Positions 38,782-46,616 of a stretch of DNA of 52,875 bases are shown in pieces. Under the pieces are notes generated by a model. It had not been told where the DNA came from. It saw only the letters and a list, made by a program, of their open reading frames with translations, and did no database searches. The stretch lies in the IMG/VR virus record IMGVR_UViG_3300025093_000027, positions 1-52,875 of that record. One strand, 5' to 3'. This DNA is from a virus. Taxonomy: Duplodnaviria; Caudoviricetes. The position numbers and the translations under genes are program-made. Position 1 is the first letter of the stretch. Each line of letters opens with the position of its first letter.

Positions 38782-38949
38782 GTAATTTTCATAAGCGACA
38801 CAGGGTATGTTGTTAGTGTTGAACATATGTCAATTACTTTACTTTAAAATATACAACAAGGTTAAATTGTATGTTCTAAACTAACATCGAGTATTTACTG
38901 GAAAGTGTCGCTTTAGCTCATAAATAGCGTCTTTATGCTCCAGTAAATA
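38748..38949 (-). ncRNA. Candidate structured RNA (riboswitch/attenuator or sRNA) upstream of nrdA
   Basis: Perfect helices: 38892-38902/38939-38949 (11 bp), 38793-38801/38905-38913 (9 bp), 38811-38816/38881-38886, 38821-38827/38870-38876 and 38919-38924/38932-38937. Bounded by TATAAT and a terminator. Confidence 0.65.
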
Positions 38950-38977
38950 ATTATACACCCAGAAATTACACTTCAAA
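38950..38977 (-). promoter_or_regulatory. Promoter candidate (TTTGAA-16-TATAAT, containing GGTGTATAA)
   Basis: TATAAT at 38955-38950, directly before the structured RNA. Confidence 0.55.
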
Positions 38978-38981
38978 TTTT

Positions 38982-39188
38982 TTACGAGTATTTTTTCATT
39001 TTTTTATAGACACAACTACAGAATTGCAGATACTTATCAGTTGGTCTTTGCTTATCAATCATATCTAATAAATAGTATCCTCTTCCATTACAGTCCTTGC
39101 ATTTTTTCTTTGCATAAATCTTAGCAGTTTCTATTTGATTTTCCATCTCTGCTTGACGAGCGATTTCATCTCTTTCAATTTGATCCAT
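38982..39188 (-). CDS. Small zinc-finger protein (CxxCxGxG)
   Basis: CKDCNGRG...CSC. GGAG RBS. Confidence 0.75.
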   Translation of the reverse strand: MDQIERDEIARQAEMENQIETAKIYAKKKCKDCNGRGYYLLDMIDKQRPTDKYLQFCSCVYKKMKKYS

Positions 39189-39201
39189 AAGATAACTCCA
39201 T

Positions 39202-39248
39202 AAAAAAACCGTGAACCCAATGATAAATTATACCACCGAGTCCACGGT
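39202..39248 (-). terminator. Intrinsic terminator with 18-bp stem
   Basis: ACCGUGGACUCGGUGGUA-UAAUU-UAUCAUUGGGUUCACGGU plus U-run. All five DNA mismatches are G.U pairs on the minus strand. Confidence 0.85.
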
Positions 39249-39266
39249 ATTCTACACAAAACTATG

Positions 39267-39590
39267 CTATTTTTCTGACATTTTCTTAACTTGTTCTAAG
39301 ATAGAATCAAGCTTTTGATCTCTGTCATGTAATACCATTTTGCAACTGTTGACATTCGTGGCGATGTCATTAATGAGCTTATGATTCTCATCAACTTTAT
39401 TATTGACATCATCCATTCTTTCTTCAAGGTTGCTCAATCTGGTTGTAATAGTCTCGTTCACACGCTCCTCCAAAAGAATAATCTTTTTAGAGTGATTGTT
39501 CAAAGTAAATAACATCCATCCCAAAATCGGCAAAAATATCATCCCTAAAACTTCGGCTACATGTCGTATCATTTCCCATGATTCTAGCAT
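39267..39590 (-). CDS. Single-TM coiled-coil protein (holin/XhlA-like architecture)
   Basis: VLGMIFLPILGWMLF TM segment followed by heptad repeats. GGAGG RBS before ATG 39590. Confidence 0.6.
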   Translation of the reverse strand: MLESWEMIRHVAEVLGMIFLPILGWMLFTLNNHSKKIILLEERVNETITTRLSNLEERMDDVNNKVDENHKLINDIATNVNSCKMVLHDRDQKLDSILEQVKKMSEK

Positions 39591-39619
39591 CAAATGCACC
39601 TCCGCTTAGGAAATTAAGT

Positions 39620-40222
39620 TTACCAGAGATAACGTGGCTTGTATTCATCTTGGGTAGGCTCTGCACCTGATCCGTAATGGTAAACAAGCTCACCGGGAGC
39701 ATCTTGAGTTGGATTGGCAGCATTATCTGTACCAGAAGCAACGAGTGTTGTAGAGTTATCAACACCTGCACTAAGATTCCAACCACCAGATTGTGCAACT
39801 GTAACAGCAGGATCGAAGACACCACTAACAGCATTCCACTGATTGTTTCTAAACGCTGTTTTATAGAGTTTAGTTTCAATAACAGCGGCTTGATTGATAG
39901 CAGGATCTTCTGCACTGTTAGAATCACCACCAAGGAGTACAGTGTTAGAAAGAGCAGCAATTTCATCTGTTACTCTCACAATAACTTGTGTACCACCGTT
40001 GAATCTAGAAGATAATCCATTAGCTGGGTCAATGTAATCCACACCAGAAACGATAGTGATTACAGGATTTCCTTCACCCAAAGCAACATTTGTAAACTTT
40101 GTAGTTTCTGCAATGTTACCAGCATAACGGATTGAGCCTTGGTCAACATCTGTACCAGTAGCAAAACCATTACTATCAAAGGAGGTATTTTCAAAACCTC
40201 CTACAATGTTCCAAAATGCCAT
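39620..40222 (-). CDS. Probable virion structural protein, 200 aa
   Basis: Gly/Ala/Thr/Asn/Ser-rich with no Cys. GAGGTG RBS. Preceded by GGTGTATAAATA. Confidence 0.55.
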   Translation of the reverse strand: MAFWNIVGGFENTSFDSNGFATGTDVDQGSIRYAGNIAETTKFTNVALGEGNPVITIVSGVDYIDPANGLSSRFNGGTQVIVRVTDEIAALSNTVLLGGDSNSAEDPAINQAAVIETKLYKTAFRNNQWNAVSGVFDPAVTVAQSGGWNLSAGVDNSTTLVASGTDNAANPTQDAPGELVYHYGSGAEPTQDEYKPRYLW

Positions 40223-40295
40223 AATATCACCTCATAAGTTAGCATTTGGACAAAAGTTCCAAAAAAAATCCAACAATGTAAATCCTAATCCTAAT

Positions 40296-40309
40296 CTATT
40301 TATACACCA
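40296..40309 (-). promoter_or_regulatory. Candidate phage late-promoter motif GGTGTATAAATAG
   Basis: Contains TATAAATA. Same 9-mer core as the sites at 38951 and 45150. Confidence 0.45.
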
Positions 40310-40940
40310 TCTTATAGTTAGATGGATATAATCTCATACCAAATACCTCTGCCTTACCAAGAGCATCTAAATGTTTTTCTAAATGTAAATATCCATTACA
40401 AATAGTAGGAACTTTAGCATCTTCTTGAGTAACATGAGAGATAACTAGATTATCTATAAAGTCATCATTATAATAGCCAAGAGAGGGGATAAAAATGTCA
40501 GCACCATACTCTTGTAATAACTTTGCTATCTGAACAATAATCTCACCACTCTTGTCATCTTGCCAGTTGATCATAATCCTTAATGTAGCATTGTAATCTT
40601 TACAGATTTCTGCCATACATTCTACGTCAACTTTAAGTGGTATCCAATCACTATTTAGCAGATAATGCCTGTGACATACTAAATCAAGGGCATTAGCACC
40701 AGATTTAAGCAATGTTAGTGCTTCGTGCTGACGAACCTTTCTATCAGACTTTCCAAGAGGATAATCTACAGGTCCAGAAAGAACAAATCCTTCTGGCAAA
40801 AACTTTGCAATCTCTCTCATTTGGAAAATGTCTGTGCAAAATCCATTCAAACCCATGTCAAGCATCTTGAATACTTTTTTCATTTCATCTTTAGTATTCA
40901 ATACATCTTGGGTATTATAGTTACAATATTCGTAGTACAT
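40296..40940 (-). CDS. DeoC/DERA-fold protein lacking the catalytic lysines
   Basis: VDYPLG...KVRQHEA...GANALDLV match DeoC. GADIFIPSLG replaces GADFVKTSTG. Confidence 0.75.
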   Translation of the reverse strand: MYYEYCNYNTQDVLNTKDEMKKVFKMLDMGLNGFCTDIFQMREIAKFLPEGFVLSGPVDYPLGKSDRKVRQHEALTLLKSGANALDLVCHRHYLLNSDWIPLKVDVECMAEICKDYNATLRIMINWQDDKSGEIIVQIAKLLQEYGADIFIPSLGYYNDDFIDNLVISHVTQEDAKVPTICNGYLHLEKHLDALGKAEVFGMRLYPSNYKMVYK

Positions 40941-41556
40941 CTTGGTATCCTTCATCACCTAGAACTCCATCCGCAAATCCATACCATACAGCATCTCTTC
41001 CATTAAATATCCAATCTTCTTTGGTGTTTAGTTGGTATTGGATGTGTTTCTTTACTTGAGATTTATTTTTATCGCTAAAGAACTCACCATCATTACAAGC
41101 ATCTGTATAAATATCATACATTGTTTTAAGTGCTATTTTACTATGATTAATACCAGAAATAACCTGCTTGTGAGTTCCAGAAACATTACTGCTTCCATCA
41201 TGTATCAACCATTCACAGTTCTCTGATGTTACCCTCAAACCTTTACCTAATACTGCTTGTGGAATAATACTTCCCATAGAAGCAGCAATACCATAGCATA
41301 CATAAACAAATTGACATGGACTATTACGAATAGCATCATACATAGCCATACCAGCATTCCAGTCTCCACCAATGCTATACTGGTGAATAATAATGGGGTC
41401 TTTAGACTTATTCTCTAAAATGCGTAAGTTCTTCAAGAACCCCATTGTAAGTTTTTCGTCAACCTCTCCATCGTTACCACACAAATAGATTTCTCTAGTA
41501 CTAACAGAAAGGTTATTATCAAAAATATCATTCAGATCCTGATTCTTGTTCGTCAT
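40921..41556 (-). CDS. clpP: ClpP-family serine protease (start revised to 41556)
   Basis: REIYLCG, SIGGD, GIAASMGS (Ser), LIHD (His) and EDWIF...AVWYGFAD (Asp). Confidence 0.9.
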   Translation of the reverse strand: MTNKNQDLNDIFDNNLSVSTREIYLCGNDGEVDEKLTMGFLKNLRILENKSKDPIIIHQYSIGGDWNAGMAMYDAIRNSPCQFVYVCYGIAASMGSIIPQAVLGKGLRVTSENCEWLIHDGSSNVSGTHKQVISGINHSKIALKTMYDIYTDACNDGEFFSDKNKSQVKKHIQYQLNTKEDWIFNGRDAVWYGFADGVLGDEGYQDVLRIL

Positions 41557-42028
41557 TCTCATTACCCTTGACAAAGGCAACTAATCGCTTCTTAACATTA
41601 TCCATTACATCTCTATCCTTAAACATCTTACCAATAGCGATTCTAAATCTATAAGATGTCAATACATCAACTGTCTCTACACCTAGAACACTACCGATAA
41701 GTTTCTCAAACTCTTCAGTTCCAGTTTTATTTCCATCTCCCAACATAAAGTTAGTGTGTCCAACCCAGAACTTAAAATGCCTACTGGCAAGAGACTGTTC
41801 TGTAAGAGGTAGTATTCCAAATGGAGTCATAATGGACCTAATCATAGGTTGCATCTGACCAAAACCTTCGTTGAGTCCGAGTGCTTCTAAATCTTCCGGG
41901 TCAAGCTCTTCATCATCAAAATCATCTGAATCCAATATATCATCTTCTTCTAATGTCTGATCATAAGCATCAACCCACTTTTCCCATCCAATATCATAAT
42001 CATCAGAGTATTTCATGTCATCACTCAT
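41528..42028 (-). CDS. Hypothetical protein with acidic N-terminus
   Basis: Coupled ORF. Core FKFWVGHTNF...GVETVDVLTSYRFRIAIGKMF. Confidence 0.7.
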   Translation of the reverse strand: MSDDMKYSDDYDIGWEKWVDAYDQTLEEDDILDSDDFDDEELDPEDLEALGLNEGFGQMQPMIRSIMTPFGILPLTEQSLASRHFKFWVGHTNFMLGDGNKTGTEEFEKLIGSVLGVETVDVLTSYRFRIAIGKMFKDRDVMDNVKKRLVAFVKGNENDEQESGSE

Positions 42029-42467
42029 TTTTTTCACCTCTTATATTAAATATTTTGGTGGGGTCTATTTTACGTTTCTTTTCTTTTTCTAGAACTCTAA
42101 CTTGCTGTTGTAATGACTCAAGTATTTGTTCTTCGTATCCCTTCCAGAATTCAAGAGTTGCTGCTACAAATGTTGTTTCTGCTATCTTGTCTGGATCTGG
42201 GAAGTTTTGAATAGCATCAATGAGTACTGTATTAAGCTCACCATGCACAAGATTGCATAGCAAGGTCGCTGCCATTTCTGCACTTTCTATACTTTTATCA
42301 TTAGCATCTATCGCAAAAACATATTCTCCCGTCTCTTGATTAAGTTGTAGTAATAAAGAAAACGAAGGGTCATCCATTAACGCCTTCTCTTGTCTAAAAT
42401 TTACTGACTTTGGAACTTCTACTTTATTCTCTTCAAGTTTTTCTTTTTTTCTAAAAAAGTTGAACAT
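42021..42467 (-). CDS. Hypothetical protein
   Basis: AGGAG RBS. Overlaps the next gene. Confidence 0.7.
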   Translation of the reverse strand: MFNFFRKKEKLEENKVEVPKSVNFRQEKALMDDPSFSLLLQLNQETGEYVFAIDANDKSIESAEMAATLLCNLVHGELNTVLIDAIQNFPDPDKIAETTFVAATLEFWKGYEEQILESLQQQVRVLEKEKKRKIDPTKIFNIRGEKNE

Positions 42468-42480
42468 ATATACTCCTAAT

Positions 42481-42509
42481 AAAAAAGGGGATATACAATT
42501 ATACCCCCT
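42481..42509 (-). terminator. Intrinsic terminator
   Basis: AGGGGGUAUA-AUUG-UAUAUCCCCU plus U-run. Confidence 0.8.
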
Positions 42510-42538
42510 AAAGTAGTTCCTATTGCTGTTTTTTTGAC

Positions 42539-42566
42539 ATTATACGGCTTATCCTATGTCTGTCAA
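42539..42566 (-). promoter_or_regulatory. Consensus sigma70 promoter TTGACA-16-TATAAT
   Basis: TTGACA at 42566-42561 and TATAAT at 42544-42539. Confidence 0.75.
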
Positions 42567-43781
42567 GATGTTCTTTGCCTCCTCTTTTACTATATACATT
42601 GGACGACCTTCTATTGACGACCATGACATTTTTTTATCAATACCAAGATGATCAAAGATAGTCCATTTCAAGTCTTCTGGTTCACACAAACCATCATCTG
42701 GTGCTTCAGCATTCTTATCAGAAGTCCCAACAACTCTACCCATATCATAACTACCACAACTAATCATGAGCGGAGCAAGTCTTGCCCAGTGGTCACGACC
42801 ACCATTAGCATTGACTTTAGGAGTTCTACCAAACTCTGATGTAACAACCAGCATAACCCTTTCATATAGTCCACGTTTCTCTAACGTATCAATAAGTTTA
42901 GCAAGATAAGCATCAAGTTGGACTTGTCTATTATTTAGACTAGCCTCAATGTTCTGATGCATGTCCCAGCCACCATAATTGATAGTAATAAACTTTGATC
43001 CAGTTTCTATCAATCTCACAGCAGTTAATAGATCTTTGCCAAAACTTGTCTCTTTATAATCTTCGTATTCAGCATCCTGCTCTACCTTGAAAGCTTTAGA
43101 TGCTTCACCCAAGATTACTTCTACTGCTTGACCTCTTAACTCTTTCCATGATTTAGCGAGCAAATCATTGTTATGAAAATTAGATTCGACTTTATTTAGC
43201 ATAGCAATACGAGCAGCAAACCTTTTATCGGGTACTCCAAGTTGTAGGTCTTTTCTGCCTTCTCTAGTAGCATCATATCCAGTGTATCTACCACCCATCC
43301 AAGCAGCATCATCATGTTGAATACTGTTTACTTTAATGTAAGTTGGTAAACCATTAGGAGCATTTGTACCATGAGCACCAGAGATAACACTTCCATAACT
43401 GGGCCATTTTTGCGTAGTTCCAGCACCAAAGTTTGGTTCTCCGGTCATGACCCAATGCGTAGCACTTGCGTGATTAGCATCCCTATGATGGAAGGCACGA
43501 AAGAGCGATACTTTGTCTCCCCTTTTTGCAAGATCCTTAAATAAACCACCGAACTCCATACCAGCAATGTTACTACGAACAGCACCAGTAACAGACCGAT
43601 AATTAGATGGAGCCAAAGGGATTGGATTAAAAGTTTCAATATGAGTTGCACCACCACCAAGAAAAACATAAATAACTGCATTTTTATCTTTATCTTTTGT
43701 ATCTTGTGCAAACGAAACATTCCCTTGTGTCAACATGCCACCCATGGCACCAGTAGTCAATAAAAAGTTTCTTCTGTCCAT
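42549..43781 (-). CDS. DUF1501-family protein with twin-arginine signal peptide
   Basis: MDRRNFL Tat motif, IYVFLGGGATHIETFNP, GGWDMH, SEFGRTPKVNANGGRDHW. Confidence 0.92.
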   Translation of the reverse strand: MDRRNFLLTTGAMGGMLTQGNVSFAQDTKDKDKNAVIYVFLGGGATHIETFNPIPLAPSNYRSVTGAVRSNIAGMEFGGLFKDLAKRGDKVSLFRAFHHRDANHASATHWVMTGEPNFGAGTTQKWPSYGSVISGAHGTNAPNGLPTYIKVNSIQHDDAAWMGGRYTGYDATREGRKDLQLGVPDKRFAARIAMLNKVESNFHNNDLLAKSWKELRGQAVEVILGEASKAFKVEQDAEYEDYKETSFGKDLLTAVRLIETGSKFITINYGGWDMHQNIEASLNNRQVQLDAYLAKLIDTLEKRGLYERVMLVVTSEFGRTPKVNANGGRDHWARLAPLMISCGSYDMGRVVGTSDKNAEAPDDGLCEPEDLKWTIFDHLGIDKKMSWSSIEGRPMYIVKEEAKNILTDIG

Positions 43782-43790
43782 AATAATCTC

Positions 43791-45110
43791 CTACCAAGCT
43801 CTACAAGACCAATAACGTGCTTTCCATTTTGGACCGGGATTGTCACAATTATGTCTTGCTCTAAAGCTTTTTCTGCGTTCAGGAATATTCTTTTTGATCT
43901 TCATGTTAGGATCACCAAATCGAACAATAACTACATTACCACTCTCATTTTTAGTATAAACAGCAAACTTTTTAGGTCCACCGGGAGTTCTGAAAGGTTT
44001 ATTGAGAGTAACTTTTCTACCTTTGTATTCAGCAGCAAATGTAGATGCTTTAGCTCTTGGATGACCCTTTGGCAAAAGATCATTATCTGTAGTATAGGCA
44101 GAGTTAGATGGTCTTCCAGTTCTCAATAGAGTAAGAAATGCATTTACTCTAGCCATAGCCCATCCGTCTCTAGACATTTTAGGAGCATGACTTGATGAAT
44201 AAGCTCCTGCACCACGACGATAAACAGCTTTAAGCATACCTAAAGTTGCTTTTGAACCCTTACCTTTTGCATTATGCTCTGCTACTTTCTTTGACAATTT
44301 TGCAGTAGTTTCTTTGCTAAAAGTAATCTTACCTGACTTATCTTTAGCACTATCAGGTTTGTTCTTTTTAGATCCTTTCTTTTGATCTTTTTTAGGAGCA
44401 GGAGTTCTTCTAGGGTCTTTTGGTCCCGGTTTATCTGCCTCTGCATAATCTGCCTTACCCTTAATTGCTTTCATGTACTCTGCATGATCTTTACCGGGCA
44501 TGAAGACATTTTTACCATCTTCACTTTTATGAGAATGAACATCATCTAATCCAAGTTCTTTTGCTCTTTCCATAGCTTCACCGGGATTATCAAATACATC
44601 TTTAGAAAGTTCTTCTGCTGTAGCACCTTGCCAAGTCATAGTTGGAGGAGCAGTTACCTGATGTTTGCCTACAAAAGAAGTATCTTTCTTTTTAGGATCT
44701 TTCTCTTCATAGATTGGATCTGGCTCATCCAAATCTGCTTTAGAAACAAAAGACAACATTCTACCATTCTTCTTGTAGTTGCCCATCCTTTCAAAGTAGA
44801 ATAGCTCTCCGGTCACAGGATCTCTATACTTAAATGCTCCCTGTGCCCTTTTTAAAGCCTCTTGAGAGGGTCTATCTTTATCTCCCGGTTTAGCAGGACG
44901 ATAGTTTTTACCTTCTCTTTCCTTCTTTTTACGAATATTTTCCCAAAGGCCAGCAACATCGACCTCTTCTGTTTCTTCTCCAAAATCAACATAATCTGAC
45001 TCTTCAGGAATAACAAAGTTTGCCTCTGTCAATTCTTCAGTATCACCTAAATCTGCTGCCTTGGACTCAAAATGTTCTGATAAGCTATTAAATAAATCTT
45101 CTTGTTTCAT
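43791..45110 (-). CDS. Mosaic basic protein made of concatenated small phage modules
   Basis: Modules GLWENIRKKK.., EAMERAKELG..HSH...FMPG, LKAVYRRGAGAY...WAMARVNAFL and AEYKGRKVTLNKP...VRFGDP...FRARHNC...YWSC. Confidence 0.75.
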   Translation of the reverse strand: MKQEDLFNSLSEHFESKAADLGDTEELTEANFVIPEESDYVDFGEETEEVDVAGLWENIRKKKEREGKNYRPAKPGDKDRPSQEALKRAQGAFKYRDPVTGELFYFERMGNYKKNGRMLSFVSKADLDEPDPIYEEKDPKKKDTSFVGKHQVTAPPTMTWQGATAEELSKDVFDNPGEAMERAKELGLDDVHSHKSEDGKNVFMPGKDHAEYMKAIKGKADYAEADKPGPKDPRRTPAPKKDQKKGSKKNKPDSAKDKSGKITFSKETTAKLSKKVAEHNAKGKGSKATLGMLKAVYRRGAGAYSSSHAPKMSRDGWAMARVNAFLTLLRTGRPSNSAYTTDNDLLPKGHPRAKASTFAAEYKGRKVTLNKPFRTPGGPKKFAVYTKNESGNVVIVRFGDPNMKIKKNIPERRKSFRARHNCDNPGPKWKARYWSCRAW

Positions 45111-45145
45111 TAGTAGAACTCCTAATAAATGTAGTAGAAATACTA

Positions 45146-45158
45146 TCTATTATACACC
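45146..45158 (-). promoter_or_regulatory. Candidate phage promoter motif GGTGTATAATAGA
   Basis: Overlaps the thyX stop. Same core as the sites at 38951 and 40300. Confidence 0.45.
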
Positions 45159-45782
45159 ACTTATTCGTTTCCAAATAGTATCTAATGTGTGCTTGAAAGG
45201 CTCACCATCAATAGTAGCGACTAAATCCCACATTTGCTGGGCGATCTCTCTAATCTCTACCTGTGCATGTTCAGAGTTACGAAGTTTGATAAAGTTTGCA
45301 AAACTTCTCATGTTTAACATAATATCTGCTTGGATTTGACTATTATAAGTTTTGAAGAATCGTGCTGACTCTTTTGCTCGTTTTCTACCTAATACTGGTT
45401 CAAGGTCTGCAATACATTCATGATACAGTTGATTACCTTCTTGAGTATAAAGAGAAAGTTTCCTTGCCCACTCATCAGACCAATCTTCTGGAATATAATA
45501 CTTATCTTCTTTTAACTCTTTATAACGAGCGGATTCGGCATTAAGGCTTGATACACGATGCTTGAGAAGATGTATATGAGAAGCGATATCAGTATCAACC
45601 AAGAAATGAACAACGCCCTTTTCAAAAGGGGTTTCATGGCCGTTGGACCAGAGCATGTCAATGAGTGCCCCAACTCTTTTACGTTTTTCATCTGTCAAGT
45701 CCCTAGATGTAGATGTCCAAGCAGAACATGCAATAACCTCATCGCTACCATAGTAGCCCAATAGTTCTACACTATTTTTCAT
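45150..45782 (-). CDS. thyX: Flavin-dependent thymidylate synthase
   Basis: GHETPFE, KHRVSSLNAESARY (ThyX motif with R to K), KESAR, NMRSF and HAQVEIR. Confidence 0.93.
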   Translation of the reverse strand: MKNSVELLGYYGSDEVIACSAWTSTSRDLTDEKRKRVGALIDMLWSNGHETPFEKGVVHFLVDTDIASHIHLLKHRVSSLNAESARYKELKEDKYYIPEDWSDEWARKLSLYTQEGNQLYHECIADLEPVLGRKRAKESARFFKTYNSQIQADIMLNMRSFANFIKLRNSEHAQVEIREIAQQMWDLVATIDGEPFKHTLDTIWKRISGV

Positions 45783-46147
45783 ACATCCACCTCATAAATG
45801 CCTACATTTCTTTCTAAATTAATACCTTCAGCAGTTAGAGTTCCATCTGGTTTAATATCATTAATAAGAACCCTTGGACCTGCTGGAAGTCCCATAACTA
45901 ATTGGTCATAAAAAACACCAGCATTACGAAGTTGGTCTATTGTTGCGGCACGACAACCTTCTGGTCTTGCCGTTGTAAGTACAATGTGATATTCCTTCAT
46001 TCTCCACTCAAGGAGTTTTTCAATAGTTCCATCAAGTAGAATAGGCACATCCTTTGCCATGTGATATAGATTATCTTTATGATGAAAAATAGTTCCATCA
46101 ATATCCATCAAAATAGTTTTTCTTCTAGCAGGCATCTCTTGTTTCAT
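45779..46147 (-). CDS. HAD-superfamily phosphatase
   Basis: MDIDGT, LTTARP, YDQLVMG and LIND. Confidence 0.85.
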   Translation of the reverse strand: MKQEMPARRKTILMDIDGTIFHHKDNLYHMAKDVPILLDGTIEKLLEWRMKEYHIVLTTARPEGCRAATIDQLRNAGVFYDQLVMGLPAGPRVLINDIKPDGTLTAEGINLERNVGIYEVDV

Positions 46148-46614
46148 TATAACTCCTTCTGGTAAACTCTAGCAATACATTGACAATCTTTATCACAATG
46201 AGGACAACTATGTTTAAAACGACTATAGTATCCGTTTAGTTCATCTATTACTTCAAAACCATTCTTTTCTAAAATACCACAACTTGGGCAACTACCATCT
46301 GGTCTAACCCAAGCATATGATTTAACAAACTTACAACCCTGATCTTTTAGGTATGCCAATCTAATTTTTGTCAGTTCTTTAGCAATACCTTCTCCTCTAT
46401 ACTGTGGATGAACAACAACACATTTAAGTATACCCACATAACCATCAACTACAACAGATGCCCAAGCAACTAATTCACCACTAAATGACATCCATGCATG
46501 ATCAATAACTTCTAGATGCTCACTAAAATAACCTTCTCCAAGTTCTGCATCAACTAGCTCTCTGGCATTATTGTATCTATGAAGAAACTTACAATTGATG
46601 TAGTCTAAATGCAT
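46147..46614 (-). CDS. GNAT acetyltransferase with C-terminal Cys cluster
   Basis: VVHPQYRGEGIA acetyl-CoA motif, LEKNGF and CPHC..DCQC. Confidence 0.88.
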   Translation of the reverse strand: MHLDYINCKFLHRYNNARELVDAELGEGYFSEHLEVIDHAWMSFSGELVAWASVVVDGYVGILKCVVVHPQYRGEGIAKELTKIRLAYLKDQGCKFVKSYAWVRPDGSCPSCGILEKNGFEVIDELNGYYSRFKHSCPHCDKDCQCIARVYQKEL

Positions 46615-46616
46615 CT

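Noticed and set aside
38806-38833. Internal TTGACA as an nrdA promoter
   Set aside because: No -10-like hexamer at 16-18 bp spacing.
38748-38949. Cobalamin riboswitch, HDV-like/theta ribozyme, hammerhead, tRNA or tmRNA
   Set aside because: No B12 box or GGGAA motifs, no room for HDV P3/L3 between the paired strands, no CUGAUGA/GAAA core, and no cloverleaf or T-loop.
40240-40298. AATCCT mini-repeat and TTGGA/TCCAA hairpin next to an A9 run
   Set aside because: Too short and low-complexity to call, and the U-run lies 5' of the hairpin on the coding strand, so it is not a terminator.
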